A stretch of 64,000 bases of DNA from assembly GCA_964016885.1 (NCBI GenBank), contig CAXHJY010000105.1:682001-746000 (forward strand). Direction: 5' to 3'. This stretch comes from Eledone cirrhosa. Taxonomy: Eukaryota. The notes below the pieces were generated by a model. The model saw only the letters and a list, made by a program, of their open reading frames with translations. It was not told where the DNA came from and did not search any database. The translations under genes were made by a program, and so were the position numbers. This document shows positions 36,901-51,900 of the stretch, piece after piece; within the stretch, counting starts at the first letter, position 1; each line of letters begins with the position of its first letter.

Positions 36901-39900
36901 TGATGTGTGACAAGTGTTTGTGGACAGTTGATACCAGGACATCACCTCCAACAAATGATGTGTGACGAGTGTTTGTGGACAGTTGATACCAGGACATCAC
37001 CTCCAACAAGTGATGTGTGACAACTGTTTGTGGACAGTTGATACCAGGACATCACCTCCAACAAATGATGTGTGACAAGTGTTTGTGGACATTTGATACC
37101 AGGACATCACCTCCAACAAGTTATGTGTGACAACTGTTTGTGGACAGTTGATACCAGGACATCACCTCCAACAAATGATGTGTGACAAGTGTTTGTGGAC
37201 AGTTGATACCAGGACATCACCTCCAACAAATGATGTGTGACAAGTGTTTGTGGACATTTGATACCAGGACATCACCTCCAACAAGTTATGTGTGACAACT
37301 GTTTGTGGACAGTTGATACCAGGACATCACCTCCAACAAGTGATGTGTGACAACTGTTTGTGGACAGTTGATACCAGGACATCACCTCCAACAAGTGATG
37401 TGTGACAACTGATTGTGGACAGTTGATACCAGGACATCACCTCCAACAAATGATGTGTGACAACTGTTTGTGGACAGTTGATACCAGGACATCACCAGTA
37501 ATAAGTGATGTGTGACAACTGTTTGTGGACAGTTGATACCAGGACATCACCACCAACAGGTGATGTGTGACAACTGTTTGTGGACAGTTGATACCAGGAC
37601 ATCACCACCAACAAATGATGTGTGACAAGTGTTTGTGGACAGTTGATACCAGGACATCACCTCCAACAAGTGATGTGTGACAACTGTTTGTGGAGAGCTG
37701 ATACCAGGACATCACCTCCAACAAATGATGTGTGACAACTGTTTGTGGACAGTTGATACCAGGACATCACCAGTAACAAGTGATGTGTGACAACTGTTTG
37801 TGGACAGTTGATACCAGGACATCACCTCCAACAAGTGGTGTGTGACAACTGTTTGTGGACAGTTGATACCAGGACATCACCAGCAACAAGTGATGTGTGA
37901 CAAGTGTTTGTGGACAGTTGGTACCAGGACATCACCACCAACAAATGATGTGTGACAAGTGTTTGTGGACAGTTGATACCAGGACATCACCTCCAACAAG
38001 TGATGTGTGACAAGTGTTTGTGGACAGTTGATACTAGGACATCACCAGCAACAAGTGATGTGTAACAAGTGTTTGTGGACAGTTGATACCAGGACATCAC
38101 CACCAACAAATGTGTGACAAGTGATATCAGGACATCACCACCGACAAATGATGTGTGACAACTGTTTGTGGACAGTTGATACCAGGACATCACCTCCAAC
38201 AAGTGATGTGTGACAAGTGTTTGTGGACAGTTGATACCAGGACATCACCTCCAACAAGTGATGTGTGACAACTGTTTGTGGACAGTTGATACCAGGACAT
38301 CACCTCCAACAAGTGATGTGTGACAACTGTTTGTGGACAGTTGATACCAGTACATCACCACCAACAAATGATGTGTGACAACTGTTTGTGGACAGTTGAT
38401 ACCAGGACATCACCTCCAACAAATGATGTGTGACAAGTGTTTGTGGACAGTTGATACCAGGACATCACTACCAACAAATGTGTGACAAGTGATACCAGGA
38501 CATCACCACCAACAAATGATGTGTGACAAGTGTTTGTGGACAGTTGATACCAGGACATCACCTCCAACAAGTCATGTGTGACAAGTGTTTGTGGACAGTT
38601 GATATCAGGACATCACCAGCAACAAGTGATGTGTGACAAGTGTTTGTGGACAGTTGATACCAGGACATCACCACCAGCAAATGATGTGTGACAACTGTTT
38701 GTGGACAGTTGATACCAGGACATCACCTCCAACAAGTGATGTGTGACAACTGTTTGTGGACAGTTGATACCAGGACATCACCAGCAACAAGTGATGTGTG
38801 ACAACTGTTTGTGGACAGTTGAAACCAGGACATCACCTCCAACAAGTGATGTGTGACAACTGTTTGTGGACAGTTGATACCAGTACATCACCACCAACAA
38901 ATGATGTGTGACAACTGTTTGTGGACAGTTGATACCAGGACATCACCTCCAACAAATGATGTGTGACAAGTGTTTGTGGACAGTTGATACCAGGACATCA
39001 CCACCAACAAATGTGTGACAAGTGATACCAGGACATCACCACCAACAAATGATGTGTGACAAGTGTTTGTGGACAGTTGATACCAGGACATCACCTCCAA
39101 CAAGTGATGTGTGACAACTGTTTGTGGACAGTTGATACCAGGACATCACCACCAACAAATGATGTGTGACAACTGTTTGTGGACAGTTGATACCAGGACA
39201 TCACCTCCAACAAGTGATGTGTGACAACTGTTTGTGGACAGTTGATACCAGGACATCACCTCCAACAAGTGATGTGTGACAACTGCTTGTGGACAGTTGA
39301 TACCAGTACATCACCACCAACAAATGATGTGTGACAACTGTTTGTGGACAGTTGATACCAGGACATCACCTCCAACAAATGATGTGTGACAAGTGTTTGT
39401 GGACAGTTGATACCAGCACATCACCACCAACAAATGTGTGACAAGTGATACCAGGATATCACCACCAACAAATGATGTGTGACAAGTGTTTGTGGACAGT
39501 TGATACCAGGACATCACCTCCAACAAGTGATGTGTGACAAGTGTTTGTGGACAGTTGATACCAGGACATCACCAGCAACAAGTGATGTGTGACAAGTGTT
39601 TGTGGACAGTTGATACCAGTACATCACCACCAACAAATGATGTGTGACAACTGTTTGTGGACAGTTGATACCAGGACATCACCTCCAACAAATGATGTGT
39701 GACAAGTGTTTGTGGACAGTTGATACCAGGACATCACCAGCAACAAGTGATGTGTGACAACTGTTTGTGGACAGTTGATACCAGGACATCACCACCAACA
39801 GGTGATGTGTGACAACTGTTTGTGGACAGTTGATACCAGGACATCACCACCAACAAATGATGTGTGACAAGTGTTTGTGGACAGTTGATACCAGGACATC

Positions 39901-42900
39901 ACCTCCAACAAGTGATGTGTGACAACTGTTTGTGGAGAGTTGATACCAGGACATCACCTCCAACAAATGATGTGTGACAACTGTTTGTGGACAGTTGATA
40001 CCAGGACATCACCAGTAACAAGTGATGTGTGACAACTGTTTGTGGACAGTTGATACCAGGACATCACCTCCAACAAGTGATGTGTGACAACTGTTTGTGG
40101 ACAGTTGATACCAGGACATCACCAGCAACAAGTGATGTGTGACAAGTGTTTGTGGACAGTTGGTACCAGGACATCACCACCAACAAATGATGTGTGACAA
40201 GTGTTTGTGGACAGTTGATACCAGGACATCACCTCCAACAAGTGATGTGTGACAAGTGTTTGTGGACAGTTGATACTAGGACATCACCAGCAACAAGTGA
40301 TGTGTGACAAGTGTTTGTGGACAGTTGATACCAGGACAGCACCACCAACAAATGTGTGACAAGTGATATCAGGACATCACCACCGACAAATGATGTGTGA
40401 CAACTGTTTGTGGACAGTTGATACCAGGACATCACCTCCAACAAGTGATGTGTGACAAGTGTTTGTGGACAGTTGATACCAGGACATCACCAGCAACAAG
40501 TGATGTGTGACAAGTGTTTGTGGACAGTTGATACCAGGACATCACCACCAGCAAATGATGTGTGACAACTGTTTGTGGACAGTTGATACCAGGACATCAC
40601 CTCCAACAAGTGATGTGTGACAACTGTTTGTGGACAGTTGATACCAGGACATCACCTCCAACAAGTGATGTGTGACAACTGTTTGTGGACAGTTGATACC
40701 AGTACATCACCACCAACAAATGATGTGTGACAACTGTTTGTGGACAGTTGATACCAGGACATCACCTCCAACAAATGATGTGTGACAAGTGTTTGTGGAC
40801 AGTTGATACCAGGACATCACCTCCAACAGGTGATGTGTGACAACTGTTTGTGGACAGTTGATACCAGGACATCACCACCAACAGGTGATGTGTGACAACT
40901 GTTTGTGGACAGTTGACACCAGGACATCACCAGCAACAAATGATGTGTGACAACTGTTTGTGGAGAGTTGATACCAGGACATCACCTCCAACAAGTGATG
41001 TGTGACAACTGTTTGTCGAGAGTTGATACCAGGACATCACCTCCAACAAATGATGTGTGACAACTGTTTGTGGACAGTTGATACCAGGACATCACCACCA
41101 ACAGGTGATGTGTGACAACTGTTTGTGGACAGTTGATACCAGGACATCACCAGCAACAAATGATGTGTGACAACTGTTTGTGGAGAGTTGATACCAGGAC
41201 ATCACCTCCAACAAGTGATGTGTGACAACTGTTTGTGGAGAGTTGATACCAGGACATCACCTCCAACAAATGATGTGTGACAACTGTTTGTGGACAGTTG
41301 ATACCAGGACATCACCAGTAACAAGTGATGTGTGACAACTGTTTGTGGACAGTTGATACCAGGACATCACCTCCAACAAGTGATGTGTGACAACTGTTTG
41401 TGGACAGTTGATACCAGGACATCACCAGCAACAAGTGATGTGTGACAAGTGTTTGTGGACAGTTGGTACCAGGACATCACCACCAACAAATGATGTGTGA
41501 CAAGTGTTTGTGGACAGTTGATACCAGGACATCACCTCCAACAAGTGATGTGTGACAAGTGTTTGTGGACAGTAGATACTAGGACATCACCAGCAACAAG
41601 TGATGTGTGACAAGTGTTTGTGGACAGTTGATACCAGGACATCACCACCAACAAATGTGTGACAAGTGATACCAGGACATCACCACCAACAAATGATGTG
41701 TGACAAGTGTTTGTGGACAGTTGATACCAGGACATCACCTCCAACAAGTGATGTGTGACAAGTGTTTGTGGACAGTTGATACCAGGACATCACCAGCAAC
41801 AAGTGATGTGTGACAAGTGTTTGTGGACAGTTGATACCAGGACATCACCACCAGCAAATGATGTGTGACAACTGTTTGTGGACAGTTGATACCAGGACAT
41901 CACCACCAACAAATGTGTGACAAGTGATACCAGGACATCACCACCAACAAATGATGTGTGACAAGTGTTTGTGGACAGTTGATACCAGGACATCACCTCC
42001 AACAAGTGATGTGTGACAACTGTTTGTGGACAGTTGATACCAGGACATCACCACCAACAAATGATGTGTGACAACTGTTTGTGGACAGTTGATACCAGGA
42101 CATCACCAGTAATAAGTGATGTGTGACAACTGTTTGTGGACAGTTGATACCAGGACATCACCTCCAACAAGTGATGTGTGACAACTGTTTGTGGACAGTT
42201 GATACCAGTACATCACCACCAACAAATGATGTGTGACAACTGTTTGTGGACAGTTGATACCAGGACATCACCTCCAACAAATGATGTGTGACAAGTGTTT
42301 GTGGACAGTTGATACCAGCACATCACCACCAACAAATGTGTGACAAGTGATACCAGGATATCACCACCAACAAATGATGTGTGACAAGTGTTTGTGGACA
42401 GTTGATACCAGGACATCACCTCCAACAAGTGATGTGTGACAAGTGTTTGTAGACAGTTGATACCAGGACATCACCAGCAACAAGTGATGTGTGACAAGTG
42501 TTTGTGGACAGTTGATACCAGGACATCACCACCAGCAAATGATGTGTGACAACTGTTTGTGGACAGTTGATACCAGGACATCACCTCCAACAAGTGATGT
42601 GTGACAACCGTTTGTGGACAGTTGATACCAGTACATCACCACCAACAAATGATGTGTGACAACTGTTTGTGGACAGTTGATACCAGGACATCACCTCCAA
42701 CAAGTGATGTGTGACAACTGTTTGTGGACAGTTGATACCAGGACATCACCTCCAACAAGTGATGTGTGACAAGTGTTTGTGGACAGTTGATACTAGGACA
42801 TCACCTCCAACAAGTGATGTGTGACAAGTGTTTGTGGACAGTTGATACCAGGACATCACCTCCAACAAGTGATGTGTGACAACTGTTTGTGGACAGTTGA

Positions 42901-45900
42901 TACCAGGACATCACCTCCAACAAGTGATGTGTGACAAGTGTTTGTGGACAGTTGATACCAGGACATCAGCTCCAACAAGTGATGTGTGACAAGTGTTTGT
43001 GGACAGTTGATACTAGGACATCACCACCAACAAGTGATGTGTGACAAGTGTTTGTGGACAGTTGATACCAGGACATCACCTCCAACAAGTGATGTGTGAC
43101 AACTGTTTGTGGACAGTTGATACCAGGACATCAGCTCCAACAAGTGATGTGTGACAAGTGTTTGTGGACAGTTGATACCAGGACATCACCTCCAACAAGT
43201 GATGTGTGACAACTGTTTGTGGACAGTTGATACCAGGACATCACCTCCAACAAGTGATGTGTGACAACTGTTTGTGGACAGTTGATACCAGTACATCACC
43301 ACCAACAAATGATGTGTGACAACTGTTTGTGGACAGTTGATACCAGGACATCACCTCCAACAAATGATGTGTGACAAGTGTTTGTGGACAGTTGATACCA
43401 GCACATCACCACCAACAGATGTGTGACAAGTGATACCAGGATATCACCACCAACAAATGATGTGTGACAAGTGTTTGTGGACAGTTGATACCAGGACATC
43501 ACCTCCAACAAGTGATGTGTGACAAGTGTTTGTAGACAGTTGATACCAGGACATCACCAGCAACAAGTGATGTGTGACAAGTGTTTGTGGACAGTTGATA
43601 CCAGGACATCACCACCAGCAAATGATGTCTGACAACTGTTTGTGGACAGTTGATACCAGGACATCACCTCCAACAAGTGATGTGTGACAACTGTTTGTGG
43701 ACAGTTGATACCAGTACATCACCACCAACAAATGATGTGTGACAACTGTTTGTGGACAGTTGATACCAGGACATCACCTCCAACAAGTGATGTGTGACAA
43801 CTGTTTGTGGACAGTTGATACCAGGACATCACCTCCAACAAGTGATGTGTGACAAGTGTTTGTGGACAGTTGATACCAGGACATCAGCTCCAACAAGTGA
43901 TGTGTGACAAGTGTTTGTGGACAGTTGATACTAGGACATCACCTCCAACAAGTGATGTGTGACAAGTGTTTGTGGACAGTTGATACCAGGACATCACCTC
44001 CAACAAGTGATGTGTGACAACTGTTTGTGGACAGTTGATACCAGGACATCAGCTCCAACAAGTGATGTGTGACAAGTGTTTGTGGACAGTTGATACCAGG
44101 ACATCACCAGCAACAAGTGATGTGTGACAAGTGTTTGTGGACAGTTGATACCAGGACATCACCACCAGCAAATGATGTGTGACAACTGTTTGTGGACAGT
44201 TGATACCAGGACATCACCTCCAACAAGTGATGTGTGACAACTGTTTGTGGACAGTTGATACCAGGACATCACCTCCAACAAGTGATGTGTGACAACTGTT
44301 TGTGGACAGTTGATACCAGTACATCACCACCAACAAATGATGTGTGACAACTGTTTGTGGACAGTTGATACCAGGACATCACCTCCAACAAATGATGTGT
44401 GACAAGTGTTTGTGGACAGTTGATACCAGGACATCACCTCCAACAGGTGATGTGTGACAACTGTTTGTGGACAGTTGATACCAGGACATCACCACCAACA
44501 GGTGATGTGTGACAACTGTTTGTGGACAGTTGACACCAGGACATCACCAGCAACAAATGATGTGTGACAACTGTTTGTGGAGAGTTGATACCAGGACATC
44601 ACCTCCAACAAGTGATGTGTGACAACTGTTTGTCGAGAGTTGATACCAGGACATCACCTCCAACAAATGATGTGTGACAACTGTTTGTGGACAGTTGATA
44701 CCAGGACATCACCACCAACAGGTGATGTGTGACAACTGTTTGTGGACAGTTGATACCAGGACATCACCAGCAACAAATGATGTGTGACAACTGTTTGTGG
44801 ACAGTTGATACCAGGACATCACCTCCAACAAGTGATGTGTGACAACTGTTTGTGGAGAGTTGATACCAGGACATCACCTCCAACAAATGATGTGTGACAA
44901 CTGTTTGTGGACAGTTGATACCAGGACATCACCAGTAACAAGTGATGTGTGACAACTGTTTGTGGACAGTTGATACCAGGACATCACCAGCAACAAGTGA
45001 TGTGTGACAAGTGTTTGTGGACAGTTGGTACCAGGACATCACCACCAACAAATGATGTGTGACAAGTGTTTGTGGACAGTTGATACCAGGACATCACCTC
45101 CAACAAGTGATGTGTGACAAGTGTTTGTGGACAGTAGATACTAGGACATCACCAGCAACAAGTGATGTGTGACAAGTGTTTGTGGACAGTTGATACCAGG
45201 ACATCACCACCAACAAATGTGTGACAAGTGATACCAGGACATCACCACCAACAAATGATGTGTGACAAGTGTTTGTGGACAGTTGATACCAGGACATCAC
45301 CTCCAACAAGTGATGTGTGACAAGTGTTTGTGGACAGTTGATACCAGGACATCACCAGCAACAAGTGATGTGTGACAAGTGTTTGTGGACAGTTGATACC
45401 AGGACATCACCACCAGCAAATGATGTGTGACAACTGTTTGTGGACAGTTGATACCAGGACATCACCACCAACAAATGTGTGACAAGTGATACCAGGACAT
45501 CACCACCAACAAATGATGTGTGACAAGTGTTTGTGGACAGTTGATACCAGGACATCACCTCCAACAAGTGATGTGTGACAACTGTTTGTGGACAGTTGAT
45601 ACCAGGACATCACCACCAACAAATGATGTGTGACAACTGTTTGTGGACAGTTGATACCAGGACATCACCAGTAATAAGTGATGTGTGACAACTGTTTGTG
45701 GACAGTTGATACCAGGACATCACCTCCAACAAGTGATGTGTGACAACTGTTTGTGGACAGTTGATACCAGTACATCACCACCAACAAATGATGTGTGACA
45801 ACTGTTTGTGGACAGTTGATACCAGGACATCACCTCCAACAAATGATGTGTGACAAGTGTTTGTGGACAGTTGATACCAGCACATCACCACCAACAAATG

Positions 45901-48900
45901 TGTGACAAGTGATACCAGGATATCACCACCAACAAATGATGTGTGACAAGTGTTTGTGGACAGTTGATACCAGGACATCACCTCCAACAAGTGATGTGTG
46001 ACAAGTGTTTGTAGACAGTTGATACCAGGACATCACCAGCAACAAGTGATGTGTGACAAGTGTTTGTGGACAGTTGATACCAGGACATCACCACCAGCAA
46101 ATGATGTGTGACAACTGTTTGTGGACAGTTGATACCAGGACATCACCTCCAACAAGTGATGTGTGACAACCGTTTGTGGACAGTTGATACCAGTACATCA
46201 CCACCAACAAATGATGTGTGACAACTGTTTGTGGACAGTTGATACCAGGACATCACCTCCAACAAGTGATGTGTGACAACTGTTTGTGGACAGTTGATAC
46301 CAGGACATCACCTCCAACAAGTGATGTGTGACAAGTGTTTGTGGACAGTTGATACTAGGACATCACCTCCAACAAGTGATGTGTGACAAGTGTTTGTGGA
46401 CAGTTGATACCAGGACATCACCTCCAACAAGTGATGTGTGACAACTGTTTGTGGACAGTTGATACCAGGACATCACCTCCAACAAGTGATGTGTGACAAG
46501 TGTTTGTGGACAGTTGATACCAGGACATCAGCTCCAACAAGTGATGTGTGACAAGTGTTTGTGGACAGTTGATACTAGGACATCACCACCAACAAGTGAT
46601 GTGTGACAAGTGTTTGTGGACAGTTGATACCAGGACATCACCTCCAACAAGTGATGTGTGACAACTGTTTGTGGACAGTTGATACCAGGACATCAGCTCC
46701 AACAAGTGATGTGTGACAAGTGTTTGTGGACAGTTGATACCAGGACATCACCTCCAACAAGTGATGTGTGACAACTGTTTGTGGACAGTTGATACCAGTA
46801 CATCACCACCAACAAATGATGTGTGACAACTGTTTGTGGACAGTTGATACCAGGACATCACCTCCAACAAATGATGTGTGACAAGTGTTTGTGGACAGTT
46901 GATACCAGCACATCACCACCAACAGATGTGTGACAAGTGATACCAGGATATCACCACCAACAAATGATGTGTGACAAGTGTTTGTGGACAGTTGATACCA
47001 GGACATCACCTCCAACAAGTGATGTGTGACAAGTGTTTGTAGACAGTTGATACCAGGACATCACCAGCAACAAGTGATGTGTGACAACTGTTTGTGGACA
47101 GTTGATACCAGGACATCACCTCCAACAAATGATGTGTGACAAGTGTTTGTAGACAGTTGATACCAGGACATCACCAGCAACAAGTGATGTGTGACAAGTG
47201 TTTGTGGACAGTTGATACCAGGACATCACCACCAGCAAATGATGTGTGACAACTGTTTGTGGACAGTTGATACCAGGACATCACCTCCAACAAGTGATGT
47301 GTGACAACTGTTTGTGGACAGTTGATACCAGGACATCACCTCCAACAAGTGATGTGTGACAAGTGTTTGTGGACAGTTGATACCAGGACATCAGCTCCAA
47401 CAAGTGATGTGTGACAAGTGTTTGTGGACAGTTGATACTAGGACATCACCTCCAACAAGTGATGTGTGACAAGTGTTTGTGGACAGTTGATACCAGGACA
47501 TCACCTCCAACAAGTGATGTGTGACAACTGTTTGTGGACAGTTGATACCAGGACATCAGCTCCAACAAGTGATGTGTGACAAGTGTTTGTGGACAGTTGA
47601 TACCAGGACATCACCTCCAACAAGTGATGTGTGACAACTGTTTGTGGACAGTTGATACCAGGACATCAGCTCCAACAAGTGATGTGTGACATTTTTTTTT
47701 GTGGACAGTTGATACCAGGACATCAGCTCCAACAAGTGATGTGTGACAAGTGTTTGTAGACAGTTGATACCAGGACATCACCTCCAACAAGTGATGTGTG
47801 ACAACTGTTTGTGGACAGTTGATACCAGTACATCACCACCAACAAATGATGTGTGACAACTGTTTGTGGACAGTTGATACCAGGACATCACCTCCAACAA
47901 ATGATGTGTGACAAGTGTTTGTGGACAGTTGATACCAGCACATCACCACCAACAGATGTGTGACAAGTGATACCAGGATATCACCACCAACAAATGATGT
48001 GTGACAAGTGTTTGTGGACAGTTGATACCAGGACATCACCTCCAACAAGTGATGTGTGACAAGTGTTTGTAGACAGTTGATACCAGGACATCACCAGCAA
48101 CAAGTGATGTGTGACAACTGTTTGTGGACAGTTGATACCAGGACATCACCTCCAACAAATGATGTGTGACAAGTGTTTGTAGACAGTTGATACCAGGACA
48201 TCACCAGCAACAAGTGATGTGTGACAAGTGTTTGTGGACAGTTGATACCAGGACATCACCACCAGCAAATGATGTGTGACAACTGTTTGTGGACAGTTGA
48301 TACCAGGACATCACCTCCAACAAGTGATGTGTGACAACTGTTTGTGGACAGTTGATACCAGTACATCACCACCAACAAATGATGTGTGACAACTGTTTGT
48401 GGACAGTTGATACCAGGACATCACCTCCAACAAGTGATGTGTGACAACTGTTTGTGGACAGTTGATACCAGGACATCACCTCCAACAAGTGATGTGTGAC
48501 AAGTGTTTGTGGACAGTTGATACCAGGACATCAGCTCCAACAAGTGATGTGTGACAAGTGTTTGTGGACAGTTGATACTAGGACATCACCTCCAACAAGT
48601 GATGTGTGACAAGTGTTTGTGGACAGTTGATACCAGGACATCACCTCCAACAAGTGATGTGTGACAACTGTTTGTGGACAGTTGATACCAGGACATCAGC
48701 TCCAACAAGTGATGTGTGACAAGTGTTTGTGGACAGTTGATACCAGGACATCACCTCCAACAAGTGATGTGTGACAACTGTTTGTGGACAGTTGATACCA
48801 GGACATCAGCTCCAACAAGTGATGTGTGACATTTTTTTTTGTGGACAGTTGATACCAGGACATCAGCTCCAACAAGTGATGTGTGACAAGTGTTTGTGGA

Positions 48901-51900
48901 CAGTTGATACCAGGACATCACCTCCAACAAGTGATGTGTGACAACTGTTTGTGGACAGTTGATACCAGGACATCAGCTCCAACAAGTGATGTGTGACAAG
49001 TGTTTGTGGACAGTTGATACTAGGACATCACCTCCAACAAGTGATGTGTGACAAGTGTTTGTGGACAGTTGATACCAGGACATCACCTCCAACAAGTGAT
49101 GTGTGACAACTGTTTGTGGACAGTTGATACCAGGACATCAGCTCCAACAAGTGATGTGTGACATTTTTTTTTGTGGACAGTTGATACCAGGACATCAGCT
49201 CCAACAAGTGATGTGTGACAAGTGTTTGTGGACAGTTGATACCAGGACATCACCTCCAACAAGTGATGTGTGACAACTGTTTGTGGACAGTTGATACCAG
49301 GACATCAGCTCCAACAAGTGATGTGTGACAAGTGTTTGTGGACAGTTGATACTAGGACATCACCTCCAACAAGTGATGTGTGACAAGTGTTTGTGGACAG
49401 TTGATACCAGGACATCACCTCCAACAAGTGATGTGTGACAACTGTTTGTGGACAGTTGATACCAGGACATCACCTCCAACAAGTGATGTGTGACAACTGT
49501 TTGTGGACAGTTGATACCAGGACATCACCTCCAACAAGTGATGTGTGACAACTGTTTGTGGACAGTTGATACCAGTACATCACCACCAACAAATGATGTG
49601 TGACAACTGTTTGTGGACAGTTGATACCAGGACATCACCTCCAACAAATGATGTGTGACAAGTGTTTGTGGACAGTTGATACCAGGACATCACCACCAAC
49701 AAATGTATGACAAGTGATACCAGGACATCTCCACCAACAAATGATGTGTGACAAGTGTTTGTGGACAGTTGATACCAGGACATCACCTCCAACAAGTGAT
49801 GTGTGACAACTGTTTGTCGACAGTTGATACCAGGACATCACCTCCAACAAGTGATGTGTGACAACTGCTTGTGGACAGTTGATACCAGTACATCACCACC
49901 AACAAATGATGTGTGACAACTGTTTGTGGACAGTTGATACCAGGACATCACCTCCAACAAATGATGTGTGACAAGTGTTTGTGGACAGTTGATACCAGCA
50001 CATCACCACCGACAAATGTGTGACAAGTGATACCAGGATATCACCAGCAACAAGTGATGTGTGACAAGTGTTTGTGGACAGTTGATACCAGGACATCACC
50101 TCCAACAAGTGATGTGTGACAAGTGATATCAGGACATCACCAGCAACAAGTGATGTGTGACAAGTGTTTGTGGACAGTTGATACCAGGACATCACCTCCA
50201 ACAAGTGATGTGTGACAAGTGTTTGTGGACAGTTGATACCAGGACATCACCACCAGCAAATGATGTGTGACAACTGTTTGTGGACAGTTGATACCAGGAC
50301 ATCACCTCCAACAAGTGATGCGTGACAACTGTTTGTGGACAGTTGATACCAGGACATCACCTCCAACAAGTGATGTGTGACAACTGTTTGTGGACAGTTG
50401 ATACCAGTACATCACCACCAACAAATGATGTGTGACAACTGTTTGTGGACAGTTGATACCAGGACATCACCTCCAACAAATGATGTGTGACAAGTGTTTG
50501 TGGACAGTTGATACCAGGACATCACCAGCAACAAGTGATGTGTGACAACTGTTTGTGGACAGTTGATACCAGGACATCACCACCAACAGGTGATGTGTGA
50601 CAACTGTTTGTGGACAGTTGATACCAGGACATCACCACCAACAAATGATGTGTGACAAGTGTTTGTGGACAGTTGATACCAGGACATCACCTCCAACAAA
50701 TGATGTGTGACAACTGTTTGTGGACAGTTGATACCAGGACATCACCAGTAACAAGTGATGTGTGACAACTGTTTGTGGACAGTTGATACCAGGACATCAC
50801 CTCCAACAAGTGATGTGTGACAACTGTTTGTGGACAGTTGATACCAGGACATCACCAGCAACAAGTGATGTGTGACAAGTGTTTGTGGACAGTTGGTACC
50901 AGGACATCACCACCAACAAATGATGTGTGACAAGTGTTTGTGGACAGTTGATACCAGGACATCACCTCTAACAAGTGATGTGTGACAAGTGTTTGTGGAC
51001 AGTTGATACTAGGACATCACCAGCAACAAGTGATGTGTGACAAGTGTTTGTGGACAGTTGATACCAGGACATCACCACCAACAAATGTGTGACAAGTGAT
51101 ACCAGAACATCACCACCAACAAATGATGTGTGACAAGTGTTTGTGGACAGTTGATACCAGGACATCACCTCCAACAAGTGATGTGTGACAAGTGTTTGTG
51201 GACAGTTGGTACCAGGACATCACCACCAACAGATGATGTGTGACAAGTGTTTGTGGACAGTTGATACCAGGACATCACGAGCAACAAGTGATGTGTGACA
51301 AGTGTTTGTGGACAGTTGGTACCAGGACATCACCACCAACAAATGATGTGTGACAAGTGTTTGTGGACAATTGATACCAGGACATCACCTCCAACAAGTG
51401 ATGTGTGACAAGTGTTTGTGGACAGTTGATACCAGGACATCACCACCAACAAATGATGTGTGACAAGTGTTTGTGGACAGTTGATACCAGGACATCACCT
51501 CCAACAAGTGATGTGTGACAAGTGTTTGTGGACAGTTGGTACCAGGACATCACTACCAACAAATGATGTGTGACAAGTGTTTGTGGACAGTTGATACCAG
51601 GACATCACCAGCAACAAGTGATGTGTGACAAGTGTTTGTGGACAGTTGATACCAGGACATCACCACCAGCAAATGATGTGTGACAACTGTTTGTGGACAG
51701 TTGATACCAGGACATCACCTCCAACAAGTGATGTGTGACAACTGTTTGTGGACAGTTGATACCAGGACATCACCTCCAACAAGTGATGTGTGACAACTGT
51801 TTGTGGACAGTTGATACCAGTACATCACCACCAACAAATGATGTGTGACAACTGTTTGTGGACAGTTGATACCAGGACATCACCTCCAACAAATGATGTG

